This document shows positions 37,847 to 46,980 of a stretch of 64,000 nt of DNA, piece by piece (position 1 is the first letter of the stretch; every line of letters starts with the position of its first letter). The notes beneath the pieces are model-generated. The model made no database searches, was not told the origin of the DNA, and worked only from the letters and a program-made list of their open reading frames with translations. This DNA is from a virus. The DNA lies in the IMG/VR virus record IMGVR_UViG_3300005573_001500. The stretch is one strand, 5' to 3'. A program made the translations under genes and the position numbers.

Positions 37847-38238
37847 AGTATGATATAATCATTTTCAAATCTGACTTCAGATGGGTTGTATATATTCATT
37901 AGGTTTACTATCAAATCTACATGCTTTCTATGTACGTAATCTGATTTTATAGGAATACAAATTGCATCTATGTCTATCCGTTCATCAGACCTTCTTTTTC
38001 CAATAATATATCCACTAAATTTGACTCCGGGATATTTAATTGCTATGTCTATGCACTCTTTGAATGATGGTGCATCGTTATGTTTAGTATTGTAAGTCTC
38101 TGGTAACATTTTGGCAATTTCGATTAATTGACTATCTGTTATAGTAAAACCAATTATGTCAGGCTTGTCTTTCTTTGGTATTTTAATGTTTAAGTATTTT
38201 ATAATTTTATCGGTAAAACCCTTCCTCATTTTTATCAT
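37834..38238 (-). CDS. Hypothetical protein with own promoter
   Basis: 134 aa; GAAAGATTTATATAG upstream. Confidence 0.65.
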   Translation of the reverse strand: MIKMRKGFTDKIIKYLNIKIPKKDKPDIIGFTITDSQLIEIAKMLPETYNTKHNDAPSFKECIDIAIKYPGVKFSGYIIGKRRSDERIDIDAICIPIKSDYVHRKHVDLIVNLMNIYNPSEVRFENDYIILWWD

Positions 38239-38410
38239 CTCTTTTTGTCGGTTATAACATACTCACAACAACTATATAAATCTTTCTATAACTAGAACAA
38301 ACTTGACAATAATTAAAATATTCTTCATAACTATTCGGAAATTGAAAACTATATCATCAAGTGATAAGTTGGTTAACTTGTTTGAAAATTTCACGATATG
38401 ACATAATTAT

Positions 38411-38584
38411 CTACTCAAATTCAAACTTTATTTCTTCCTCTTCCTCGATAAAATCAAATTTTATTTCCTTAGTTTTCTCTTTTGCCTCAAGTATTTCTTT
38501 AGGCATAACACCGTCTTGTTTAATATGTCGTGTTATTGAAAATCCACAAGTGCACTTAGCACTTTCATGTGTTTCATTAATCAT
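38411..38584 (-). CDS. Small CxC protein with doubled acidic tail (EIKFDF...EEIKFEFE)
   Basis: ATGA-coupled start at 38584, 57 aa. Confidence 0.65.
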   Translation of the reverse strand: MINETHESAKCTCGFSITRHIKQDGVMPKEILEAKEKTKEIKFDFIEEEEEIKFEFE

Positions 38585-38718
38585 GTCAAAAACAATCTGG
38601 CTATTATGTCTTCTTTGTCTATGTAGTTCCACTTTTTAGTGCCTCTTGTATTCATTTTGAATCCGCTTGGAGTTAATAGCACATCAAATATTTTATCTTT
38701 GAAGACTATACTGAACAT
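38581..38718 (-). CDS. Micro-protein, 45 aa; not in ORF track
   Basis: MFSIVFKDKIFDVLLTPSGFKMNTRGTKKW... Confidence 0.5.
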   Translation of the reverse strand: MFSIVFKDKIFDVLLTPSGFKMNTRGTKKWNYIDKEDIIARLFLT

Positions 38719-38720
38719 TT

Positions 38721-39785
38721 TTATTCACCTTTATAGTATTTGCATTTTTGTTTTATGCACCATCCTAGTTGTTGTATTGTTTTGCATCTGTATGGTTTTA
38801 TGAATTTTGTTCTTTTGATTATGTCGTTTACTTGGTATAAGCTTCTTTCCATTTTGAAGTCTGACTGATTACTGAAGAGTTTAGCTATTTCTATTGGGTC
38901 TCTGTAGCCGCTTGCTAATGCTTCGTTTACTGTTGCTATTCTTTGTTGATGTGGCATGTCTTTTGTGTTTTTTAATGCATGTTCAAAGCATGGTCTTAAT
39001 TTCTTGTTTCTTATGCTGTGATGTTCTTCTATTGGTATATCGTTTATGTTTAAGCCTTCAACTAAGCTTTTACCTATTTCTAGAGCATAATCTATAAACT
39101 TGTTGAATCCTAAACATACTTGTTCTTTTTCTACTGTTGAAAGGTTTTCTCCTTTCCATATTTGTTCTACTTGTTTAAAAGTTAAAGCTTTAAAGTCTTT
39201 GTCATAGAATATTTGCAGTTGTTTTGTTTCTAAATGGAAAGTGTATGGACATCTTATTTTGTGTCTATTTACATACCAGAGTCCAGAGTCTATTTCACAT
39301 TTGTTTTTAACGTCTGTACAAGCATATATGAATTCTTTGATGTATTGTGCTGTTTTTCTTTCGTACAGTTGATTCCAGTCTTCTCTTAAATAATGAGTGT
39401 ATGATGGAAGCCAAATGTGCATTCTAGTGTCTATTAAATATGTTATGTTGAATTCTTCTAATAGTTTTGTTATTTGTTTGCATATTTGTTTTCTCTCTGT
39501 TAAACTGCATTTGTCTATGTCTATTATGAAGTCCCAATCGTAGAAACTGAAGGATTTTGCATCGTTAAATTTTTGTACAGAGAATGTTAGTTCGAAAGTG
39601 TTTAACGGTTTGTATTCTGCTTTACTTATAATGTCGTATGCTGAGTTTATGAAGAATGGTTTAACGTATTTGTCGTTTTCATGTTTTATTTGCCATTCTC
39701 TATTGTAACCGTCAAACAGTTGTATAAGTCTGTCAAGATATTTGAGTAATGGTGTTTTATATTCAGATAAAATGCTTCTTAGCAT
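38721..39785 (-). CDS. Archaeo-eukaryotic primase: PriS-like catalytic domain fused to PriL-like Fe-S domain
   Basis: WDFIIDID, MHIW, KIRCPYTFHLET; C-terminal LRPC...PHQQR...QSDF...YQV...PYRCKTIQQLGWCIKQKC; start reassigned to MLRSIL (TAATG overlap, GGGTG RBS). Confidence 0.8.
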   Translation of the reverse strand: MLRSILSEYKTPLLKYLDRLIQLFDGYNREWQIKHENDKYVKPFFINSAYDIISKAEYKPLNTFELTFSVQKFNDAKSFSFYDWDFIIDIDKCSLTERKQICKQITKLLEEFNITYLIDTRMHIWLPSYTHYLREDWNQLYERKTAQYIKEFIYACTDVKNKCEIDSGLWYVNRHKIRCPYTFHLETKQLQIFYDKDFKALTFKQVEQIWKGENLSTVEKEQVCLGFNKFIDYALEIGKSLVEGLNINDIPIEEHHSIRNKKLRPCFEHALKNTKDMPHQQRIATVNEALASGYRDPIEIAKLFSNQSDFKMERSLYQVNDIIKRTKFIKPYRCKTIQQLGWCIKQKCKYYKGE

Positions 39786-39958
39786 TAGTGACACCCGAAC
39801 CTTACTATATGCTCGTAACACTGAAGACATATCACTATAAAATGTCTTCCAGAATAAACTTCTATTCCCCAATCAGTATCCCATTTAGCTGTGACAGTGT
39901 GTTCTGATGGAATAATTTTCTCTTTTATTGTTTTTCCGCAAAGATAACATTTTAGCAA
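39785..39958 (-). CDS. Zinc-finger micro-protein, 57 aa; not in ORF track
   Basis: TTG start after GAGGT; CYLCG...ICLQC. Confidence 0.65.
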   Translation of the reverse strand: MLKCYLCGKTIKEKIIPSEHTVTAKWDTDWGIEVYSGRHFIVICLQCYEHIVRFGCH

Positions 39959-39993
39959 TTTTATAACCTCTTTTTCTTTTTCTTCATAAAGTT

Positions 39994-40708
39994 CTACTCG
40001 AAATCAAATTTTATTTCTTCTTGTTCTTCAACAAAGTTAAACTGAATTTCCTCTTTTTTTTTCTATCAATTCAATCTCTTTAACCATAAACGATTGAAGA
40101 TTTATAAAAGACGGTTTTTCTGCGAAAAGCTTTGACAAGAAAAGTTTAAAGTTTATAATGTTGAGTTCTAGAATTTCAAAAGTTGATAAGCCTGGATATA
40201 AGTTTGAAATGGTTTGATGCTTATTCCAATCTTGCCATATTTCTCCGTGATTTAAAGTTAAAAAGGGAATTGTAGTGTCAAAACCGTTAAAATAGTAAAG
40301 GACACGTGGAGATATTCCTTCTCTTACTCCGAGAAACCATCTTTTCTTTCCCTCTGTTAACTTCAGAAAAGTCTGCAAATCATAGTCACGCCGGTAGTAA
40401 GGCATCCCGACCCATTCAAAATCGCTAAAATCCTCCTTTACACTATGTAGAGGAAAAATCCAATTAATGTCTGGATATTGATTTTTGAATTTTCGCATTT
40501 CCGTATAACATAAATCTGGAGCAACTGCAAAGTGAATTAGACCGCAACCATATCTACGAAGTTCTCTCTCCAACCATTTTATATCAGGCTTTCCCTTTTT
40601 TTCTATAAATTTATTATCTAAAAACTGTGGGTATGTTAGAAATCCATGTCTATTGACTATTTTACGTATTTCCCGTAAAGTTTCCATTGTGGGAAGAGCT
40701 ACAATCAT
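39994..40708 (-). CDS. TGT/DpdA-like TIM-barrel protein (DUF6610-like); apparent +1 shift in A9 near the 3' end
   Basis: FLDNKF, FAVAPD, IFPLH, WVGMP, WFLG, GFDTT, HGEIW follow TGT-fold motif order; removing one A at 40054-40062 gives 237 aa ending EEIQFNFVEEQEEIKFDFE. Confidence 0.55.
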
Positions 40709-40731
40709 TTCTGTAACCTCCTTTTACTAAC

Positions 40732-41838
40732 TTATAACCTCTTTTTCTTAAATCTGTCTTCACATATACTAAAATATGAACACGTTTCAACCGTACACAA
40801 AGAACCTCTCGGTCTACCAATAGGCATCTTCATGTTCTTTATGAAATCGCATAGTCTATCACATACTTGTACAAATCCTTTAGAATCACATAGTACTGGT
40901 AACACTTGAAAGTATCTGCTTAACTCTATTTCACCTATCACGTTAACGTTTACTCCATAAAACTGTTCAAGCAAATACTTATAACCACCTAACTGTAATT
41001 GAGTGTCATAAAAAGAGCCTTGTTCTGTTTCAGATAACAATAATGTTCTAGTTGTTTTGACATCTCTAATCACAAAAGTGTTATCGTTTAATCTGTAAAG
41101 TTTGTCTATGTGTCCTACAAGAAGCAAATTCACATCATAGTTACTGTAATAGCCTACTGTTTTCAGTTCTGTCCATTTTCTACTAACTATTTTATGATAT
41201 TCGCCTTCATGTTCAATATTGTGGCATATACGATAAGCATTTACTTCAGCAAACTCTTCTAAAACTGTGTTAAACATTCTTTCTAATGTAGACTGTATTA
41301 AATCTTCAGGTACAGATTCTTCAACTGTTTCCAACGCTTTAGTTAAAAGTTCATTTTCTATTATTTTTAGTATTTCTTGTTGTATTAAATCTCTGTCTGG
41401 ATATAGTTCTTTGAATCTTTTATAGTTGTTTTTGTTGTCTAAATATTCTGTTAGTAAATTGTCAATAGCATGTGTTAATGAACCTTCAAGCATAAAACTG
41501 TTTGTCACTTGTGGAACCCCATAAACGTTGTCGAGGTACCATGCTATGTCACAGTAGTTGAAAGAACATATGCTTGTTACCCTTTGTAGTATATACGGCG
41601 TTTTCAGTTTACATTTGTTGCAGACTTCTCTTTTTATAAACTCTAACTGTTCAGAGCTTAAATGAGTTTGATTAACTGCACATACATAACACATGTCAGA
41701 TTTAACATTATTAGGGTACATTCTGTTCTGTGATATAGCCCTTTTAATGCTTACTTCAACGATATTAAACAAGTAGTCTGGAAGCTCAACTGAAACAGAA
41801 CAACCATTCTGAAGTTTCAACTTTAAAACTTTCAACAT
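40732..41838 (-). CDS. Cas4-like/AddB-like PD-(D/E)XK nuclease with Fe-S cysteines
   Basis: YCDIAWY...EGSLTH...GHIDKL...RDVKT...QLQLGGY...C....CSYFSIC. Confidence 0.8.
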   Translation of the reverse strand: MLKVLKLKLQNGCSVSVELPDYLFNIVEVSIKRAISQNRMYPNNVKSDMCYVCAVNQTHLSSEQLEFIKREVCNKCKLKTPYILQRVTSICSFNYCDIAWYLDNVYGVPQVTNSFMLEGSLTHAIDNLLTEYLDNKNNYKRFKELYPDRDLIQQEILKIIENELLTKALETVEESVPEDLIQSTLERMFNTVLEEFAEVNAYRICHNIEHEGEYHKIVSRKWTELKTVGYYSNYDVNLLLVGHIDKLYRLNDNTFVIRDVKTTRTLLLSETEQGSFYDTQLQLGGYKYLLEQFYGVNVNVIGEIELSRYFQVLPVLCDSKGFVQVCDRLCDFIKNMKMPIGRPRGSLCTVETCSYFSICEDRFKKKRL

Positions 41839-42078
41839 TCATTCCCTCAATACATTTTTCCTCATTAATTCTATCAGTTTCAATTTCTTTATGAAAATTT
41901 CAAGATTTCTCTGATTACTCTTTCTTGTTCTAGTTCTAAGTAGATTTCCACAGTAAGGACATTTAGGTTGACCTCGAATATTCCATTCTACAGTATCAAA
42001 ACTACGCCACTTTCCACATCTGCCACAATAAAGATGTGTAATGTAAAAGTTTTTTGCTCTTTCTAGTAGCTTTTTCAT
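41839..42078 (-). CDS. Zinc-ribbon protein
   Basis: CGRCGKW...CPYCGNLLRTR; ATGA-coupled start at 42078. Confidence 0.7.
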   Translation of the reverse strand: MKKLLERAKNFYITHLYCGRCGKWRSFDTVEWNIRGQPKCPYCGNLLRTRTRKSNQRNLEIFIKKLKLIELMRKNVLRE

Positions 42079-42212
42079 AATGCTAACTTCCTTGCTGTAT
42101 GCCCACATCTAGGACAAATATAGAGTATATATTCACAATCGTTAAACTGGTCAAGTCTATATTCTTCTCTCATTTCTGAACCACATTCTGGGCAGACTTC
42201 TTTCTTTTTCAT
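42075..42212 (-). CDS. Zinc-ribbon micro-protein, 45 aa; not in ORF track
   Basis: MKKKEVCPECGSEM...YICPRCGHT. Confidence 0.7.
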   Translation of the reverse strand: MKKKEVCPECGSEMREEYRLDQFNDCEYILYICPRCGHTARKLAL

Positions 42213-42580
42213 TTTATTTTCTTCCTTAATAAATTATAAATTTTAGTAGCGTAGTATCTTGTCATGTAAACGTTTTTGTATGTTTCGAACACGTTATTGT
42301 TTATAATAGACTGTTTAGCATCTGTTAACAGTTTACTTATAGGCGTGCTGTTCTTTTCCATTTCATTTTGTTTAGGTAAATACTGTTCATATTCTTCTCT
42401 GTTAAACATTAATGATAAAACAAATAAAGTGTACTCTAACTCTGAAAGTATATGCCAAAAATGGTTTTCTAATGCTTCTTTATCTTTTGTAGTGTTTATT
42501 ATTGAAAGTGAATTGTTATAGTAGTTTAATGCTGTGTCTAATGATTTCAAAACTTTATTGTTATAAGACATTTTATACAC
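42209..42580 (-). CDS. Helical hypothetical protein
   Basis: 123 aa; WHILSELEYTLFVLSL helix bundle. Confidence 0.65.
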   Translation of the reverse strand: MYKMSYNNKVLKSLDTALNYYNNSLSIINTTKDKEALENHFWHILSELEYTLFVLSLMFNREEYEQYLPKQNEMEKNSTPISKLLTDAKQSIINNNVFETYKNVYMTRYYATKIYNLLRKKIK

Positions 42581-42950
42581 TCTGCATTAGATTTTGAACA
42601 TACAAATCGAAAAGTATACATGCTCCTATATGAGTGCAGAGTTGAACCATTCTTTCTTGACCGTATTTGCCATAGAAACAGCTACACCATCCACGATTAT
42701 GACTGTACAAATAAACTCTATAATATGAAAATTTACTTTCATACTTGTCTAGTTTCTCGTTTCTATAAACTTTAAACTCTTTACGATTTCTATGTTTACC
42801 TAAATAGACAACATCATATATTCTCATAACACTTCTGTCAAACCAGTTCTTCTCTTTTTCAGGAAACAATTTTAGAAAAGTGTCTAATGCTTTAAAGAAT
42901 GCAGATTCATTAATTGTTTTCTTGTCAAGTCTGAAAAGTATTTCAGTCAA
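42573..42950 (-). CDS. SWIM zinc-finger protein
   Basis: YRVYL...WCSC...LCTHI (CxC-xn-CxH). Confidence 0.8.
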   Translation of the reverse strand: MTEILFRLDKKTINESAFFKALDTFLKLFPEKEKNWFDRSVMRIYDVVYLGKHRNRKEFKVYRNEKLDKYESKFSYYRVYLYSHNRGWCSCFYGKYGQERMVQLCTHIGACILFDLYVQNLMQSV

Positions 42951-42966
42951 ACTTCTTCAGCCTTTT

Positions 42967-44262
42967 TCACTCTATGTTCACTTCCTTCATAGCACGTTTA
43001 ACTTCTTCTTCAGAATACAAAGGCTTATTATCAATCCACCATTTGAAATGCTCATTTAAATACTGAACAGTCTGTTTCTCATTATAACCTAAATAATTCA
43101 ACAAACTAACCATAAAATGCAATCTACTACCTAAATCTCTATATTCGTCTCCAACTTGTATTCTCTTACATAAACTATTTATTAACGCTTTAACAAAAAT
43201 GACATGTTCATACCTAACTTTAAAGTCTAAATTTAGAAAAGCGAAAGCTCTAAGAATTCTTTTAACATCTTTTGTTGCTCTTAATCCCGGCTTTTCAAGT
43301 CTTATCTGTTTTAGACTGTTTTCTAGTTCTATAATATGCTGTTCTACTTCGTTTCCGCTATATTCTATTGTCACTTTCTTTTTAGAGTTTAAATGACTAA
43401 GCATTTTGCTAACTTCAAAATAAAACTCTGGACTATCATCTAACAAGTTATTTCTTATTCCATGTCTAATGTACAAGTTTTCACAGTCTAAGTTCTCCCA
43501 TACTGCAAGAACACATCTACTGTTCCAACCTACGTCTGTTAAGATATACTTGTTGAAATTGTCTGTTGTACATGCAAGTATTAAACCATGCCTTACACGG
43601 TTATCTGGAGAACCTATGACATAATGACCGCTATACTGGTCTCCTCCTCTGTAAAAGCCTTGCTCTAATATTGCATTCCAAAACTGTAAAAGTTTTTCTA
43701 AGTCTGTCTGATAAAATATTGATTCACCATCTGTTATAATGTCAACTCTATCTGTTATTCTATCTTCAGCTTCACTAACATCTATAACAGATTCACCGTC
43801 ACGCCATTTAGCACGCTTATCATATTTCACTCCATGTGGTAGTCTTTTGCCTACTGCTTTTAAGAATTTTCCACAATGCATTAACATGTAATCTGCATAT
43901 GTTGTTCTATTCATATAATTAACGAATGGTATAGTGCAGAACTGTGACAGTATCGTTGTTTTTCCTTGTCCTACTGGTGCTCCGAAAGCTAGATTAAATT
44001 GTCTATCCATGTTTATGCACATACTTGACAGTTGAGAAGCTACCAGTAACGCTACGTGTCCAGTTGTTGGCAGTTTTGTTTCAAATAGATTGTAGAGTTT
44101 AACTGCATTTTCGCATGTTTTTATTATTTCTTCTGGCAGATATTTGTTTTCTATTTTTGTTGTTGTTTCTGTTTTCTGTATTAGTTTTTTAGATAAGAGT
44201 TCACCTGTTAAAGGTTCAGGAACTTCAGACTTTCTAGTTGTAATAATAGGCATTTTATTCAA
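42967..44262 (-). CDS. MCM-like AAA+ ATPase/helicase lacking the MCM N-terminal domain
   Basis: Walker A APVGQGKT, atypical Walker B IITDGE, ILACT, GWNSRC arginine finger, GLRATKDVKRI...A.L...V..EHV sensor-II lid. Confidence 0.6.
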   Translation of the reverse strand: MNKMPIITTRKSEVPEPLTGELLSKKLIQKTETTTKIENKYLPEEIIKTCENAVKLYNLFETKLPTTGHVALLVASQLSSMCINMDRQFNLAFGAPVGQGKTTILSQFCTIPFVNYMNRTTYADYMLMHCGKFLKAVGKRLPHGVKYDKRAKWRDGESVIDVSEAEDRITDRVDIITDGESIFYQTDLEKLLQFWNAILEQGFYRGGDQYSGHYVIGSPDNRVRHGLILACTTDNFNKYILTDVGWNSRCVLAVWENLDCENLYIRHGIRNNLLDDSPEFYFEVSKMLSHLNSKKKVTIEYSGNEVEQHIIELENSLKQIRLEKPGLRATKDVKRILRAFAFLNLDFKVRYEHVIFVKALINSLCKRIQVGDEYRDLGSRLHFMVSLLNYLGYNEKQTVQYLNEHFKWWIDNKPLYSEEEVKRAMKEVNIE

Positions 44263-45136
44263 CTCCTATGTTTGATATTTTAAATTCTATCTTCTCTTTA
44301 GACTCGTAAAAGTTTTCACCTACTTTTCTACGTGTTATAACCATATATCTCTTCATTTCTCCTTGTTCGTCTATAACTTTCATAAAATAAAGCCAGAGTT
44401 TAGCCAGGTATTCAAACCTTCTACCTACTCCAGCAAACAGTTCTGGTTCACTGGCGAGAGTTTTCATTTGTCTTTCAACGTCTTCTTTCTTTTTACTTAC
44501 TTGTTTTGCATGGCAAACTATTATAACTATTATTTTGTTGTCATGTGCTGATTCAAATAGTTTGTAAACTAAGTTTTCACGTTCATTAGTTATGAACCAT
44601 TTATCATACTGTTTAGCTGGGTCTGTAAAGTCTTTCATAAACACTGGAGTAAAACTGTCTATTACAAGCATGTCCGGTTTTTCTAGAGATATTATTCTTG
44701 AAACATCATCAAACAGTTTCTTCCAATCTAGTTTTTCAGGGTAAACAAAAGTTTTGTACAGTAAATTGTAATCGAATGTCCAATTGTTACTTTTATAGAT
44801 TTGTATTATTCTGTCTGGGTGTACCCCGTGTTCTGTGTCGTAGTATATTACTTTCATTCCTTTTTCTAAAGCGTTAAAAGCTAAGTTCATGCAACTGCTT
44901 GTTTTTCCAGTTTCTGGGTCTCCATAGAACAAGTTTATTCCGTTTTCTATTGTTATTTTTTCTGCTAGTCTTGGACTTGTAAATGTTATTGTTCTATACT
45001 GATATTCTAATACTGGTTTTCTAAATGATGATTTAAACTGTGTTTTCAGTGTTTGAGAAACTGTTGAAATATTAGAAAAAGAAGAAGTGTTTTGTTTGAT
45101 GTTTTCTTCTGGTTTTTTATTTGCTACTATTGGCAT
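44255..45136 (-). CDS. RadB/RadA-like RecA-family ATPase
   Basis: GINLFYGDPETGKT, IYYDTEHG..PDRI, LVIDS, VIIVCH. Confidence 0.85.
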   Translation of the reverse strand: MPIVANKKPEENIKQNTSSFSNISTVSQTLKTQFKSSFRKPVLEYQYRTITFTSPRLAEKITIENGINLFYGDPETGKTSSCMNLAFNALEKGMKVIYYDTEHGVHPDRIIQIYKSNNWTFDYNLLYKTFVYPEKLDWKKLFDDVSRIISLEKPDMLVIDSFTPVFMKDFTDPAKQYDKWFITNERENLVYKLFESAHDNKIIVIIVCHAKQVSKKKEDVERQMKTLASEPELFAGVGRRFEYLAKLWLYFMKVIDEQGEMKRYMVITRRKVGENFYESKEKIEFKISNIGVE

Positions 45137-45161
45137 TTCTGTTCACTTTAGAACTTTTTGT

Positions 45162-46634
45162 TTATTCTACGAGTGAAATGAACATAGGTGTTATTGTTAA
45201 ACCTTCACTTATTCTGCCTCTAGGCTCATTGTAAGTCATTATGCCGAAACAGAGTATAGTCTTGTCAACACTGTTACTTATTATGCCTTCGTCTAATCCA
45301 AATGGATTCTCATATGGAAGCTTTATTTTAACAGCATACACTGGAATATTAGGGTCACTTCCATCATGCACAGCTAAGAAGGCTCCTGTTCCTTGTCCCC
45401 ACTCGTTTATCTGTTTTATTGTAACGTATATTGCGTCTGTTATTTCTTTTGTTGGTGATTCTTTAGCTTTGTCTATTGCTTCTCTTATTGTTATCGGTTC
45501 AAACACTTTATGTGTTCCAGCTATTGGTATTGCAGGTAAATCAGCTATAGGCTCAATTTTAGAAATTAAAGGCATATCACTACTATAAGTGCTCACATCT
45601 CTCAAGAACGGTGGAAAAGTCATAGCTATTAGTCTTCCTTCTAGTTTTAGTTCTGGTATTCTGTAGCATCTGTTTATTTTTAATCCTTCTATTGACTTGT
45701 CAGCTAACACTTCTTTGTATTTCAAGTCTTCATTTTCTCTATACAAGAATATTAAATGATAGACTCTCCTTCTAATGAACTGTATAATGTTATGTTTACT
45801 AGCTTCATTAAAGAGTATGTGTGCTATTAATGCTCCCGTTTTTGCATGTATTTTCTGTTTTAGTTGTTCGGCTTCTTTCTTATAACGTAGAAATAGTGTG
45901 TCTTTGTCAATATTGTAGACTTTATGTGCTAATGCTTCAAGCCATTCTAAATGTTTACTAGTTATATACTCATATCCTTCTATTTCTTCGATAGCTTCAG
46001 TTACTGGTACAGAAGGTGCAGTTGTTGGTTGTGGCTGTTCTGGTACTGCTGGTTTCACTTCTTTCATCATTTTTTCAAGAGGTACCGTTTCTTTCGGAAT
46101 AGGCAACACACATATTAGAACATCTTTAGGTACATTAAACTCTTTTTCTAACATTTCGTATGCTTTCTGAACTGGTATTCCTTGGCGCATTAGTTCTTGA
46201 AATCTTACAACTACTTGACTCATATCTACAGTTGGTATTTGTTCTTTCTTTTTCTCTTCTTTTGGTTTCTCTTCAACTTTAGCTTCAGCAAACTTTGTTA
46301 AAGGCACAGTTATCTCTGCAACTTCTTTAACTTCCTCTTTAGGTTTCTCCTCTTCTTCAGCAAACTCTAAAGATATTTCTTCTTTGCCTCTTAGAAAATC
46401 AGCAAACTGTTTGATACAATCGTTCAATTCATCTTCAGACACAGCAAACACTGGAACTCCATACTTGTCTTTTGCTTTTGACAAGCTTACAAAGAATTTC
46501 TGTGCAAACTCTTCTGGTTCTCCTCTGATGAGTATTGCTGTTGTAGTTTTTCTAGGTTTAACCATAGTTATAGATGTTCCGTCATCTGACAAGTGTATTT
46601 CTACTTTGTCTTGCCATGTGAATGTTCTAACCAT
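45162..46634 (-). CDS. Large protein with acidic linker and possible C-terminal OB fold (ssDNA-binding candidate)
   Basis: Glu/Lys/Pro linker; C-terminal beta pattern IYVTIKQI...FLAVHDG...TILCFG; located in the replication operon. Confidence 0.35.
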   Translation of the reverse strand: MVRTFTWQDKVEIHLSDDGTSITMVKPRKTTTAILIRGEPEEFAQKFFVSLSKAKDKYGVPVFAVSEDELNDCIKQFADFLRGKEEISLEFAEEEEKPKEEVKEVAEITVPLTKFAEAKVEEKPKEEKKKEQIPTVDMSQVVVRFQELMRQGIPVQKAYEMLEKEFNVPKDVLICVLPIPKETVPLEKMMKEVKPAVPEQPQPTTAPSVPVTEAIEEIEGYEYITSKHLEWLEALAHKVYNIDKDTLFLRYKKEAEQLKQKIHAKTGALIAHILFNEASKHNIIQFIRRRVYHLIFLYRENEDLKYKEVLADKSIEGLKINRCYRIPELKLEGRLIAMTFPPFLRDVSTYSSDMPLISKIEPIADLPAIPIAGTHKVFEPITIREAIDKAKESPTKEITDAIYVTIKQINEWGQGTGAFLAVHDGSDPNIPVYAVKIKLPYENPFGLDEGIISNSVDKTILCFGIMTYNEPRGRISEGLTITPMFISLVE

Positions 46635-46980
46635 TTTTTGTTTTTCTCCTTTTCTTTTTCATAAACGGAGAGCTTGAATGCTGTTTTAACCATTTGAGTA
46701 TCGTTATAATTTCATTTTTCAATTTCTCTTCATCTGAAGAATGCAACAACTTAATCGGAATACCAAGAATAATGTCGTCTGCTGTTAGAACCATCTCTGA
46801 CAAATCGTTCTCTTCAGCTTTAAAACCAAACTCTTTAGGAATTGTCAGAACATACTGATTATACTGCTTACCCTTGACGTTCTTTATGCTTTTAGTGATT
46901 TTAACTTTCTTTATCGTTGGAACATACACGACTTCTTTCTGAGACAACGTTAGCTCTCCGTTTAGTGAATGTGAATTCAT
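46627..46980 (-). CDS. AbrB/MazE-like DNA-binding protein
   Basis: KGKQYNQYVLTIPKEF; first gene behind the promoter at about 46987-46997. Confidence 0.5.
   Translation of the reverse strand: MNSHSLNGELTLSQKEVVYVPTIKKVKITKSIKNVKGKQYNQYVLTIPKEFGFKAEENDLSEMVLTADDIILGIPIKLLHSSDEEKLKNEIITILKWLKQHSSSPFMKKKRRKTKNG

Noticed and set aside
32328-40053. FxFE tails as proteasome HbYX motifs
   Set aside because: The third-last residue is N, D or E rather than hydrophobic.
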